Below are positions 16,819 to 25,445 of a stretch of DNA of 60,442 nucleotides, piece after piece (position 1 is the stretch's first letter; each line of letters starts with the position of its first letter). Source of the DNA: a candidate division WOR-3 bacterium (GTDB lineage: Bacteria > Hydrothermota > Tepidihabitantia > B3-TA06); the NCBI GenBank assembly GCA_965649265.1, contig CBFGKC010000011.1, positions 1-60,442 on the forward strand. Direction: 5' to 3'. The notes beneath the pieces were generated by a model. It was not told the DNA's origin and searched no databases. It saw only the letters and a program-made list of their open reading frames with translations. A program made the translations under genes and the position numbers.

Positions 16819-17445
16819 ATGAACATCAAAGCCTCAGTCGTCTTTTTTGCCTCAGCCTTTATCGTTCTTCCTGGCGCACTTTCGTGCGGCAGAGGTGGGG
16901 GAGGGGGACGGGACATCCTGCCCATCGATCCAGATATCGACCTTCACATGGCCGCGGTCGAACGCTCGTTCGACAGGCTTTATTCGACCTTTACCGGGCT
17001 CAAGCAGGATTACAACAAGCACCTAACGCGGCATTTTGAATACCAGGAGCCGCAGTACGACTCGCTCGGCGAGGAGATCATCGATACGAACCCCGTTCCT
17101 GAAATCTATGAGACTCCTTTTACCGCTTACTGCGGGCTCGATAACGTGACATATGCGCCGCCCTCTAACAAGATGTCAATGGAGGAACGCATCGTGATGC
17201 TTGACGAGAAACTCGGATTTCTTTACTCCTGCGTCAGGAAATACGCCGTGCTCTACTATGATCATCTTGAGGCCTGTCACGATTTCGAGCAAAAACGTCC
17301 GCTCGAACCCTCCTACAAGCGTCTTGGGGAAAACCTCGAGCAGGCAACACGGGTGCGCATTCTCGATATAGAGATCCGCGATCTGGAAACCCTGGTTTTA
17401 AAGCTCATCGTTCACTTCAATGAACACATGAACGGGCACTGGTAA
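16819..17445 (+). CDS. lipoprotein with three His-containing helical repeats
   Basis: ALSC lipobox; AAGGAGG RBS; three helices ending [YF]xxHxxx(x)H. Confidence 0.8.
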   Translation: MNIKASVVFFASAFIVLPGALSCGRGGGGGRDILPIDPDIDLHMAAVERSFDRLYSTFTGLKQDYNKHLTRHFEYQEPQYDSLGEEIIDTNPVPEIYETPFTAYCGLDNVTYAPPSNKMSMEERIVMLDEKLGFLYSCVRKYAVLYYDHLEACHDFEQKRPLEPSYKRLGENLEQATRVRILDIEIRDLETLVLKLIVHFNEHMNGHW

Positions 17446-17575
17446 GAGTACCGGCACAATGACTTTTGTTACGCCTTAAGTTCAAATATACTCTTGACAT
17501 GGGGAGGAAAAAGAGCATAATTTCTCCAGTTTAAGAAAATACAATAGTGTACTGATTACAGGAGTGGCATTAGTA

Positions 17576-18157
17576 ATGGGTGAGTTTCTTTCGACCATCT
17601 GGCAGTTTTTAATAACGAATATTCCACTAAATGTAATTCTTTTTGTTGTGCTATTTGGAGCGGGTATTTATATCTGGTACCTTATTCATTCCAAGAAAAT
17701 CCTTGAAGCTAGACTTAAGACAAACAACGATTCACAAAGAATTGCAGATTTCGACACGACCAAACGTAAAAAAAATCAAAATAGTCCTAAGGAGATTTTG
17801 ATAGTCGATGACGATGACAATTTTCGTCAGCTTACTTTAGTGCAAATAAAAAAATATATCCCCAATACATCAATGAGTTTGCTACAGCATGGGAGAAATG
17901 CAATAAATAGAATCAAGGTTCATAAGCCTGATCTCTTAATATTAGATGTTAGGTTACCCGATATGACAGGATTTGAAGTTGTAAAAGGATTAGCTTCTAT
18001 TTGTTGCTATTTTCCCATTTTCCTTGTGTCTGGATTAGTATCATTGGAGGAGATGAATCGGAGTTTCCTAGATAACCTTAGTAAGGTCATTCTCTTCGCA
18101 AAACCTTTAAATGAGATTACGTTTTATTCTGCAGTGAAAGCAATGCTTGTCGATTGA
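17576..18157 (+). CDS. membrane-anchored single-domain response regulator (TM + receiver)
   Basis: N-terminal TM; ILIVDDD, PDLLILDVRLPDMTG, VSG, AKP; promoter TTGACA-N16-CATAAT; the start may be GTG 17564. Confidence 0.85.
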   Translation: MGEFLSTIWQFLITNIPLNVILFVVLFGAGIYIWYLIHSKKILEARLKTNNDSQRIADFDTTKRKKNQNSPKEILIVDDDDNFRQLTLVQIKKYIPNTSMSLLQHGRNAINRIKVHKPDLLILDVRLPDMTGFEVVKGLASICCYFPIFLVSGLVSLEEMNRSFLDNLSKVILFAKPLNEITFYSAVKAMLVD

Positions 18158-18304
18158 AATCGATTCGATTTCTGAAGTGTTATGATTTTTTCCAAAGAAC
18201 ATTGTTTTGAATGGTTCTTTCCTTTTTCCATGAATGATTGTTTTTTAAGATGGAGGCGAATGTAACCTTTGGAATATTTCCTCGTCTTAACTGTATAGAT
18301 AAGT

Positions 18305-18466
18305 ATGAAACAGATCACTGCAAAAGACGAGACGGAGAAAGTAATCTCCGAGATTCTGGAACACTACGGCCTGATCGTAAAGAGTGTTCAGGAGACAGGG
18401 GAGAGCGTCCTGATAAAGGTCACGGAACCTGAGGATTGTCCTCAAAAACCAAGACCCATCAACTAA
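18305..18466 (+). CDS. possible 53-aa microprotein (not in ORF track)
   Basis: MKQITAKDETEKVISEILEHYGLIVKSVQETGESVLIKVTEPEDCPQKPRPIN; protein-like composition; no clear RBS. Confidence 0.4.
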   Translation: MKQITAKDETEKVISEILEHYGLIVKSVQETGESVLIKVTEPEDCPQKPRPIN

Positions 18467-19011
18467 CCCCTACCCGTAACACCCCCTACCCGTAACAAAA
18501 CCTCGTACCCCTTCGTGGTAGGGTCCACCTCTTGAGTTATGACTATATCTCATAGGGCGTTTTCATAAGCAGCTTTCAATCAAAGGAAATAACACAACCG
18601 TAACACGCCACCTCCCTTATGGCTCGCAATAAGAAAGATACCGTTCAGACGATCTCAGTATGTCGAACCGATGTTAAGATATTTCTGAGGAGGATGAGCG
18701 CTTCGAAGAGGTCGGTACAAGCCTTGCTATCGTCATTCCACATTGCATAATGTATTTGTGTCTGAAAAATATAATCTCCAGGTAAGTTTCCTGAGGGGTA
18801 TGCTATGGGGGTGTTACGGGGGAGAGGCAATTTTGAAAGATTATTACCTGATTTATCTTCTTTCATAACAATAACATACAATTACATCTCAAAAAACTTG
18901 ACAAATCTACAGTTTTAAGTATATTCGGTAGTATCATAATGGAGCAGGGCGCTCCAAAAAAATCTGAGATATGGGCAAAACGCATAGATCATTTTTTTAC
19001 GGAGGCATTGG

Positions 19012-19182
19012 TTGCGTAAAATCAAATGTTTCGAGTGCGGACAAGATATCGAAGTAAAATGGCTCAAGCGTGTCGAACTTGTAATCCCTATCTGTCCGCA
19101 GTGCTACGATAAATTCAAAGAGTGTTTTGAGGAAACTGTCCCCTCGCCTCGCGAGTTCGTTGAACGCTGTAATCTTAAATAA
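19012..19182 (+). CDS. 56-aa Zn-ribbon-like microprotein A (not in ORF track)
   Basis: GGAGG RBS, TTG start; CFEC...CPQC...ERCNLK; promoter TTGACA-N16-TATATT (18898-18925). Confidence 0.8.
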   Translation: MRKIKCFECGQDIEVKWLKRVELVIPICPQCYDKFKECFEETVPSPREFVERCNLK

Positions 19183-19322
19183 AAAATAACTTCTACTCCG
19201 GCGTCGCTTTTTTTTACAAGAAAAGTGTGTAATGAACCCGTAGGCATTTTTACTTATTGACTCCCGGTTAATCGTTATTATATTCAAAGTGGAAATCTTA
19301 AACGGTAAAACAGGAGTAAGCA

Positions 19323-19490
19323 TTGCCTGAAGTTACTTGTCTGTCTTGCGGAAAGGTTCTCAGTGAAGACTGGGCCTCGAGAGAAGATCTGATTGTTCCA
19401 TTGTGTCCCGAATGTCACGAGAAGCTTACCAAAAGTCTCGAGGGGGTTCCACCTCCGGAGCAGTTCAAGGAACGCTGCAACCTTAAGTAA
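19323..19490 (+). CDS. 55-aa Zn-ribbon-like microprotein B (not in ORF track)
   Basis: AGGAG RBS, TTG start; CLSC...CPEC...ERCNLK; promoter TTGACT-N16-TATATT (19257-19284). Confidence 0.8.
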   Translation: MPEVTCLSCGKVLSEDWASREDLIVPLCPECHEKLTKSLEGVPPPEQFKERCNLK

Positions 19491-19527
19491 ATCTCCCCGA
19501 TAGAATGGGGCAGAGGGTTATTGTTTC

Positions 19528-19555
19528 TTGACATCTTCACCTATCCCCTTATAAT
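19528..19555 (+). promoter_or_regulatory. promoter of the redox operon
   Basis: TTGACA-N16-TATAAT. Confidence 0.85.
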
Positions 19556-19638
19556 TCGTCCTGTTCGTTTTAGAGTGCCGGATATTTCTTCAAGGAATCC
19601 CCGGTCCGTTACTCGATTCAAGGAGATTTTTAACTTAG

Positions 19639-20118
19639 ATGCAGGAAAATAGTCAAAAAAATCCCGGTTTGATAAGCGAGAACACCAGCAAGGTTCTTGA
19701 CGACGTGTCGGAAAGGCGCGCCTCCCTTATCTCAGCTTTGCAGGAACTCCAACTCCGCTACCGCTACCTGCCCGAGGAGGCCCTGCGCCAGGTTGCCGCT
19801 CGCATGAACGTCTCGCTCGAACAGGTTTACCACATCGCGACTTTTTACACCTGTTTCCGGCTCGAGCCCATGGGACGCCACCACATCCGTGTCTGTCAGG
19901 GCACTGCTTGTCACGTGCGGGGAAGCGTGGGGATAGAAGAAGAGATTAACCGCAAGATCGGCATTGAACCCGGCCAGACGACGTCTGACGGTCGTTTTAC
20001 CCTTGATGCCGTGAACTGTCTGGGATGCTGCGCGCTCGCGCCCGTGGTCGTTGTTGACGACGATTACTACCAGATGTCAAAATCCAAGATCGAGAAAACC
20101 CTTGAAAAGTATAAATAA
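19639..20118 (+). CDS. nuoE: NuoE/HydC-like [2Fe-2S] subunit
   Basis: ATFY, VCQGTACHVRG, VNCLGCCALAPVV. Confidence 0.92.
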   Translation: MQENSQKNPGLISENTSKVLDDVSERRASLISALQELQLRYRYLPEEALRQVAARMNVSLEQVYHIATFYTCFRLEPMGRHHIRVCQGTACHVRGSVGIEEEINRKIGIEPGQTTSDGRFTLDAVNCLGCCALAPVVVVDDDYYQMSKSKIEKTLEKYK

Positions 20119-20243
20119 CCCTACCTTTACCCCAAAAGATCGCTTCGCGCTTTCCTGGGACCCCTTGTCGAACGAAGTTCGACTCGCGACATCCGAAGTA
20201 GTCATCATCAGTCAAATTCCAGAAGAGAAGGATCAAACTGAAC

Positions 20244-22268
20244 ATGCCTAAGAAGGCCGCCGCCAAATCGTCACGCCTCGGCACAACCGCAGAACTCGAG
20301 CGCTGGCGCGAGGAGATAAAGGCCGGATACGATCCTGAAAAGCTCACGGTCGCCATGTGCACGGGTACCGCGTGCCGGGCTTCGCGCGCGATGTTCGTTC
20401 TCGACGCATTCAAGGAGGAACTCGCAAAACGCGGCATGCAGGATAAAGTTCGTATCATACCGACAGGCTGCCACGGTTTCTGCGAGCAGGGTCCCCTCAT
20501 GGTCATAAGACCAAAGGGAATCTTCTATCACAGCCTCAAGCCCGAGGATATGCCGGAGATTGTCCAGCGTACCCTAATCGGCGGCGAGCCTATCGAAAAG
20601 CATCTTTACGTCTATCCCGAGACCGGCCAGAAAGCCGTCTACGAGCGTGACGTGCCCTTTTACTCCAAGCAGACGCGTCTCACCTTCGGCGAGAACGTGA
20701 ACATCGATCCCACCAGCATCGAGGACTACATCCGCATAGGAGGCTACTCAGCTCTTTCCAAGGCTCTATTTAAAATGAAGCCCGCCGACATCGTCGAAGA
20801 AGTGCGCAAGGCAGGTCTGCGCGGACGCGGGGGCGGCGGTTTCGATACCGCGCGCAAATGGGATTCGTCCATCAACGCCGCAGGCGACGAGAAGTACGTC
20901 ATCTGCAACGCGGACGAGGGCGACCCCGGGGCGTACTCGAACCGCAGCCTTCTCGAGGGCAACCCGCACTCAGTCCTCGAGGGCATCATCATCGGCGCGT
21001 ACGCTGTCGGTTCAAGCCAGGGCTACATCTACGTTCGCGAGGAGTATCCCCTTGCCGTGCAGTTCTTCCGCAAGGCGGTAGAGGATGCCGAGACATACGG
21101 TCTTCTCGGGGAGAACATCCTCGGCTCGGGTTTCAATTTTACCATGCGAATCGAACGGGGGGGAGGGGCTTTTGTGTGCGGCGAGTCTACCGCGCTCATG
21201 GCCTCAATAGAAGGCAAGGCCGGTGAACCAAGAGCCAAGTACGTTCACACCGCCGAGCGCGGCCTCTACAACAAACCCACCGTCCTCAACAACGTCGAGA
21301 CATGGGCCAATGTCCCCCTCATCGTCAACAAGGGTTCGGAATGGTTTGCATCTATCGGAACAAAGGGTTCGAAGGGAACGAAGATTTTTTCGCTCGTCGG
21401 CAACGTGAACAACTCAGGTCTGGTAGAAGTGCCGATGGGCATCACCCTGCGTGAGATCATCTACGGTATTGGCGGCGGCATTCCCAAGGGCAAAAAGTTC
21501 AAGGCCATTCAGACCGGCGGGCCCTCGGGCGGTTGTATACCTGAAAACCTTCTCGACCTCGCGGTCGATTTCGATACGCTCTGGGAGGCAGGCTCCATGA
21601 TGGGCTCGGGCGGCATGATCGTGATGGACGAGAATACTTGCATGGTCGACGTGGCAAAATTCTTCACGCGGTTCCTCAAGGACGAGAGCTGCGGCAAGTG
21701 TGTGCCTTGCAGGGAGGGGCTTGCGCAGACCTACGAACTCCTCGATCGCATCACCCAGGGCGAAGGTAAGGAAGAGGACCTCGAAATGCTCGAAGAACTC
21801 GGCAAGGCCATGCAGGACTCCTCGCTCTGCGCGCTAGGCACGTCCGCCGCGAACCCGGTGCTTTCCACCCTGCGGTTCTTCAGGGACGAGTACGTAGCCC
21901 ACATAAATGAGAAGCGCTGTCCTGCGGCCGCGTGCAAGGCGCTCATCTATTTCGACATCAACGAGAATTGCACGGGCTGCACGCTGTGTGCCCGCAACTG
22001 CCCGGTCAAGGCCATCACGGGCGAGACGAAGAAGCTGCACAAGATCGATCAGGAAACTTGCATCCAGTGCGGTGTTTGCGCCGATGTGTGTAAGTTCAAC
22101 GCCGTGTCCAAAAACTCACCAAGACCCGCCCGTCCCCCTTCGGGGGATTCTCATATGCAGCTTGGATCACAAGGAAATAACACACCATCTTCCCCACCCC
22201 CCTCCACACCCTCCACACCCGCCCCCCCGCCGGGGGCCTCACCCGAGACTAAAGAAGGTGCCAATTGA
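20244..22268 (+). CDS. nuoF: NuoF/HydB-like FMN/NAD(P)H-binding subunit with N-terminal [2Fe-2S] and C-terminal 2x[4Fe-4S]
   Basis: TGCHGFCEQGP, GLRGRGGGGF, CNADEGDPGA, GAFVCGE, GGPSGGC, ESCGKCVPCREG, two CxxCxxCxxxC motifs. Confidence 0.93.
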   Translation: MPKKAAAKSSRLGTTAELERWREEIKAGYDPEKLTVAMCTGTACRASRAMFVLDAFKEELAKRGMQDKVRIIPTGCHGFCEQGPLMVIRPKGIFYHSLKPEDMPEIVQRTLIGGEPIEKHLYVYPETGQKAVYERDVPFYSKQTRLTFGENVNIDPTSIEDYIRIGGYSALSKALFKMKPADIVEEVRKAGLRGRGGGGFDTARKWDSSINAAGDEKYVICNADEGDPGAYSNRSLLEGNPHSVLEGIIIGAYAVGSSQGYIYVREEYPLAVQFFRKAVEDAETYGLLGENILGSGFNFTMRIERGGGAFVCGESTALMASIEGKAGEPRAKYVHTAERGLYNKPTVLNNVETWANVPLIVNKGSEWFASIGTKGSKGTKIFSLVGNVNNSGLVEVPMGITLREIIYGIGGGIPKGKKFKAIQTGGPSGGCIPENLLDLAVDFDTLWEAGSMMGSGGMIVMDENTCMVDVAKFFTRFLKDESCGKCVPCREGLAQTYELLDRITQGEGKEEDLEMLEELGKAMQDSSLCALGTSAANPVLSTLRFFRDEYVAHINEKRCPAAACKALIYFDINENCTGCTLCARNCPVKAITGETKKLHKIDQETCIQCGVCADVCKFNAVSKNSPRPARPPSGDSHMQLGSQGNNTPSSPPPSTPSTPAPPPGASPETKEGAN

Positions 22269-22426
22269 GCCGGGATACTCTGACAACTTGCTTATCTTTG
22301 GAATCGGGGACCCTTTCCTACAAAGAATCTGAGGGGGGCTCCCGTAACACACCTTCCTCCCACCCCACACCCCCATCGAAGACTCAAAAGACTTCTGTAA
22401 GGAATTCCGAGATTGAGGAGGATTAG

Positions 22427-23182
22427 ATGAGTCACGCAGAATGGCAGGGTCAGGCGAAATTTACGATTGACTGCAAAGAGGTCACAGGTTTTAAGGGCGA
22501 GACCATTCTTCAGGTTTGCCGCAGGGAGGGGATAGCGATCCCGACGCTCTGTCACCACGAGGCAATAGCTCCTTACGGCGCGTGCCGGGTCTGCCTTGTG
22601 GAGGTGACGGTAGGGAAGCGTACAAGATTAGTCACATCATGCATTTACGAGGTTGCGCCCGATATCGAGGTCAAGACCTCATCCGAGCGTGTTATGCGTA
22701 ACCGCAAGGCGGTCATAGAATTGCTGCTTGCCCGAGCGCCTGATGCACCTCCTATTATCGCGCTCGCAAAAGAGTACGGAATAGATAAGCCTCGCTTTCC
22801 CCTTATCAAGAACGATAAGTGCATACTTTGCGGGCTTTGTGTGCGCGCCTGCCGTGAGATAATCGGCGCGTCGGCAATCGGCTTCATCGGCCGCGGCGGC
22901 AAACGCCATGTGGGTCCTCCACTCAAGCGCCAGTCCGAGCGCTGCATAGGCTGCGGTACCTGCGTGTACCTCTGCCCAACGGCCGCAATCTCTCTCAAGG
23001 ACGTCTCAAGACCCATGAAGGGGGTTCACAAGCATCGTTACGATTTCGAGGCGCCCGACTGCTCAGCCTGCGGTGAAATAAACTTACTACCCCAACCGTC
23101 TGCTTCGCATCCGGCCGGGGACCCCGATAATTCACCCCACGCCGTTGCATCGCAACGCCGCGGGGACCCCGGGGATAAGTGA
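22427..23182 (+). CDS. NuoG/HydA N-terminal-like Fe-S protein without a catalytic domain
   Basis: IPTLCH..GACRVC..TSC [2Fe-2S]; KCILCGLCVRAC and CIGCGTCVYLCP. Confidence 0.88.
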   Translation: MSHAEWQGQAKFTIDCKEVTGFKGETILQVCRREGIAIPTLCHHEAIAPYGACRVCLVEVTVGKRTRLVTSCIYEVAPDIEVKTSSERVMRNRKAVIELLLARAPDAPPIIALAKEYGIDKPRFPLIKNDKCILCGLCVRACREIIGASAIGFIGRGGKRHVGPPLKRQSERCIGCGTCVYLCPTAAISLKDVSRPMKGVHKHRYDFEAPDCSACGEINLLPQPSASHPAGDPDNSPHAVASQRRGDPGDK

Positions 23183-24696
23183 TGAATAAGCTCAAGGTCT
23201 ATATATGCCAGGGGTGTGAGATAGGGCAGAAGATCGATATTGAAAAGTTAAGGAATCACTTCAATTCACATCCACAAGTCGAATCAACAGAGGTGCTTCC
23301 GCAGCTTTGCGACGGAGCCGCTCAGGAATATCTCAAGAACGTGAAAAGCGCTCTTCTTTTCGCCGCATGCGACGAACGCACGCACGGTTCCATCTTCAAA
23401 TCCCTTGCCGGAGCCAATCCCTATGTGCTCGTTAATCTCCGTGAGCGCTGCGCATGGGTGCACTCCGAGGGTGCAACCGAGAAGGCAGTCCGCCTCATTT
23501 CCATGGGAATAGCCGAACTTACTACAAAAAAGCATCTTCCGGAATCCAGGCTCGACTTGCTCGAACGCGTGCTCGTGCTCGGAACCGGACCTGCCGGACT
23601 TGCATCCGCCCGTGCGCTTGCCGAGAAGGGGATAGACGTCGTCATGCTCGACAGTAATTCCAGGCTCGGCGGAACCCTGCGCCGAACGCGCACGGTCTGG
23701 CCGTCGGGGGAGGACTCCGATGCGCTTTTGCATCGACTTTACAACGAGTTAGAAGATAAACTTCACGTAACGGTTTACCAGGAAGTTGAACTGAAAGACA
23801 TCCGTGAATCCAGACATGGTTATCGTGCCGTGCTCTCCAGCGGTCAACATGAGGAGGTCGGGGCCGTTGTCGTCGCGACCGGCATGCGCGAGGTAGGTGG
23901 AAACCTTTTCGAGTTCGAATACCGCTGGCGCGACCGCGGCAAGTTCCGCGGCCCCCTGGCGTTCGAGGTCCGTAAGGGCGTTCATCCCTTCCTTCTCGAA
24001 ACCGCTTTGTGGGACGCCGTGATGCTTAGGCAAGAGAAACCGGAGGAACGAATCGTCTTCTTCGTGCCCTCCGATCTCGAACTCCCGAAAGGGTTTCAGG
24101 AGAACGCCGATAAATACAATATTGAGATCAATGTCAACGAGATACAAGGAGGGAGTGGTACGGGTGTTACGGGTGGTGTTACGGGGGGCTGGCAGGGTGC
24201 GCACGTTAAACTCGGAAGGCTCGTCGGCAACCTCCCTCCCTCCCTGGCGCAACTGCTAAGAATTCCCCAGGACAGCGAAGGCTACCTGGCGCAGCGCCGT
24301 TACCGAATCAGGCCGAAGGACGTACTTGCGCCGGGGATATTCGTAGTCGGCGCCGCTCACTCGCCCATGCCGATAGAGGAGAACATCAACCAGGCGTTCG
24401 TTGTCGCGGCTCGAATCAAGAGTTTGTTCGACTCAAAGCCGGTTCGTCAACCCTCGGCTGAAATCGACGCCGAACGCTGCATCGGCTGCGGGTACTGCGC
24501 GGCCGTGTGTCCTTACGGCGCACCCGTGCTCGAACGCACAGACACGGGGTCCAGGGCGTCTATCTCTCCAAGATTCTGTACCTTATGCGGGCTCTGCATT
24601 GCCGGGTGTCCTGTGTTTGCGATTGCCGATTCCTTGAAATCGCGTGAAACGATTCAATCTCAAATAAAGGCATGGGGAAGGGGAGGGGTCTCATGA
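23179..24696 (+). CDS. degenerate HdrA-like flavoprotein
   Basis: VYICQGCEIG, VNLRERCAWVH, VLVLGTGPAG, GIFVVGAAHSP, C-terminal 2x[4Fe-4S]; central CVGSR/CC motifs absent. Confidence 0.8.
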   Translation: MMNKLKVYICQGCEIGQKIDIEKLRNHFNSHPQVESTEVLPQLCDGAAQEYLKNVKSALLFAACDERTHGSIFKSLAGANPYVLVNLRERCAWVHSEGATEKAVRLISMGIAELTTKKHLPESRLDLLERVLVLGTGPAGLASARALAEKGIDVVMLDSNSRLGGTLRRTRTVWPSGEDSDALLHRLYNELEDKLHVTVYQEVELKDIRESRHGYRAVLSSGQHEEVGAVVVATGMREVGGNLFEFEYRWRDRGKFRGPLAFEVRKGVHPFLLETALWDAVMLRQEKPEERIVFFVPSDLELPKGFQENADKYNIEINVNEIQGGSGTGVTGGVTGGWQGAHVKLGRLVGNLPPSLAQLLRIPQDSEGYLAQRRYRIRPKDVLAPGIFVVGAAHSPMPIEENINQAFVVAARIKSLFDSKPVRQPSAEIDAERCIGCGYCAAVCPYGAPVLERTDTGSRASISPRFCTLCGLCIAGCPVFAIADSLKSRETIQSQIKAWGRGGVS

Positions 24697-25445
24697 AGAT
24701 ACTTGGTTTTACGTGCGATTGGGCGGGATTCGCGCTCGATTTCGGCGGTATGCAGCGAATGGAGTACTCCCCGGATATTACTTTCATCAACCTGCGCTGT
24801 TCGGCCAGGTTCGACTTGGCTGACGGTGTGGAAGCGCTGGCCAACGGTGCGGACGGCATCTTCTTTGCGCTTTGCCCATTGGGGGATTGTCACTATGAAT
24901 CCGGCAACCATCACGCACTTTCAAGAATAAACCACCTTGTCGATCTGATAACTATCGCAGGGCTAAAGCCTGAACGAATCGGTTTCTACCATGCCGATAC
25001 CACCCTGGCCTACGGTCTTAAGTCGGCCATTGACAAGCATGAAGGGAAGTTAAAGGAGTTTGGAGATTTGTCCTCTGATGTTTCAGTAAAACCTGAACTT
25101 ACAGCAACAATCGCCGCGATGCGGCGCACCGCTAACTCCCAGGCGGTCCGCTGGCTTCTTTCAAAGGAGCTCGAGCTCGTCCGCAAGGGCAACGTGTTCG
25201 ACGAGAGGCTGGATGCGTCCGCATACGATACGCTCGTCAAGGAAACGCTGCGGACGGAGTACCAAAAAGGACTCGTTCTCGAGGCCCTCTCGGAGCCGCG
25301 GTCGGCGGTCGAGGTTTCGGCACTCACCGGACTCGAGGCACGCAGGGTGTTCGAACTCATCGTCGAGCTCGAACGCGAGACGAGGGCCCGTTTCGACCGC
25401 ATCGAGCACGAGCGACCGCTTTACGTGGAGGTTGCCAATGCCTGA
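24693..25445 (+). CDS. MvhD-like [2Fe-2S] protein with C-terminal extension (wHTH-like)
   Basis: GFTCDW, LRCSARF, GADGIF, CPLGDCHYESGN; ATGA overlap with the upstream gene. Confidence 0.82.
   Translation: MKILGFTCDWAGFALDFGGMQRMEYSPDITFINLRCSARFDLADGVEALANGADGIFFALCPLGDCHYESGNHHALSRINHLVDLITIAGLKPERIGFYHADTTLAYGLKSAIDKHEGKLKEFGDLSSDVSVKPELTATIAAMRRTANSQAVRWLLSKELELVRKGNVFDERLDASAYDTLVKETLRTEYQKGLVLEALSEPRSAVEVSALTGLEARRVFELIVELERETRARFDRIEHERPLYVEVANA

Noticed and set aside
18645-18881. 78-aa minus-strand ORF
   Set aside because: It contains a CCGTAACAC repeat and has no RBS or recognisable motif; unsupported, though not excluded.
19168-19182. C-terminal CNLK as a CaaX prenylation signal
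   Set aside because: CaaX prenylation is eukaryotic, and Asn/Lys fit the motif poorly.
18997-19323. 108-aa minus-strand ORF
   Set aside because: It is antisense to the better-supported Zn-ribbon microprotein and its neighbour's promoter.
25213-25437. 75-aa N-terminal extension of HdrA in the ORF track
   Set aside because: It overlaps the MvhD-like gene; the RBS and homology point to ATG 25438.
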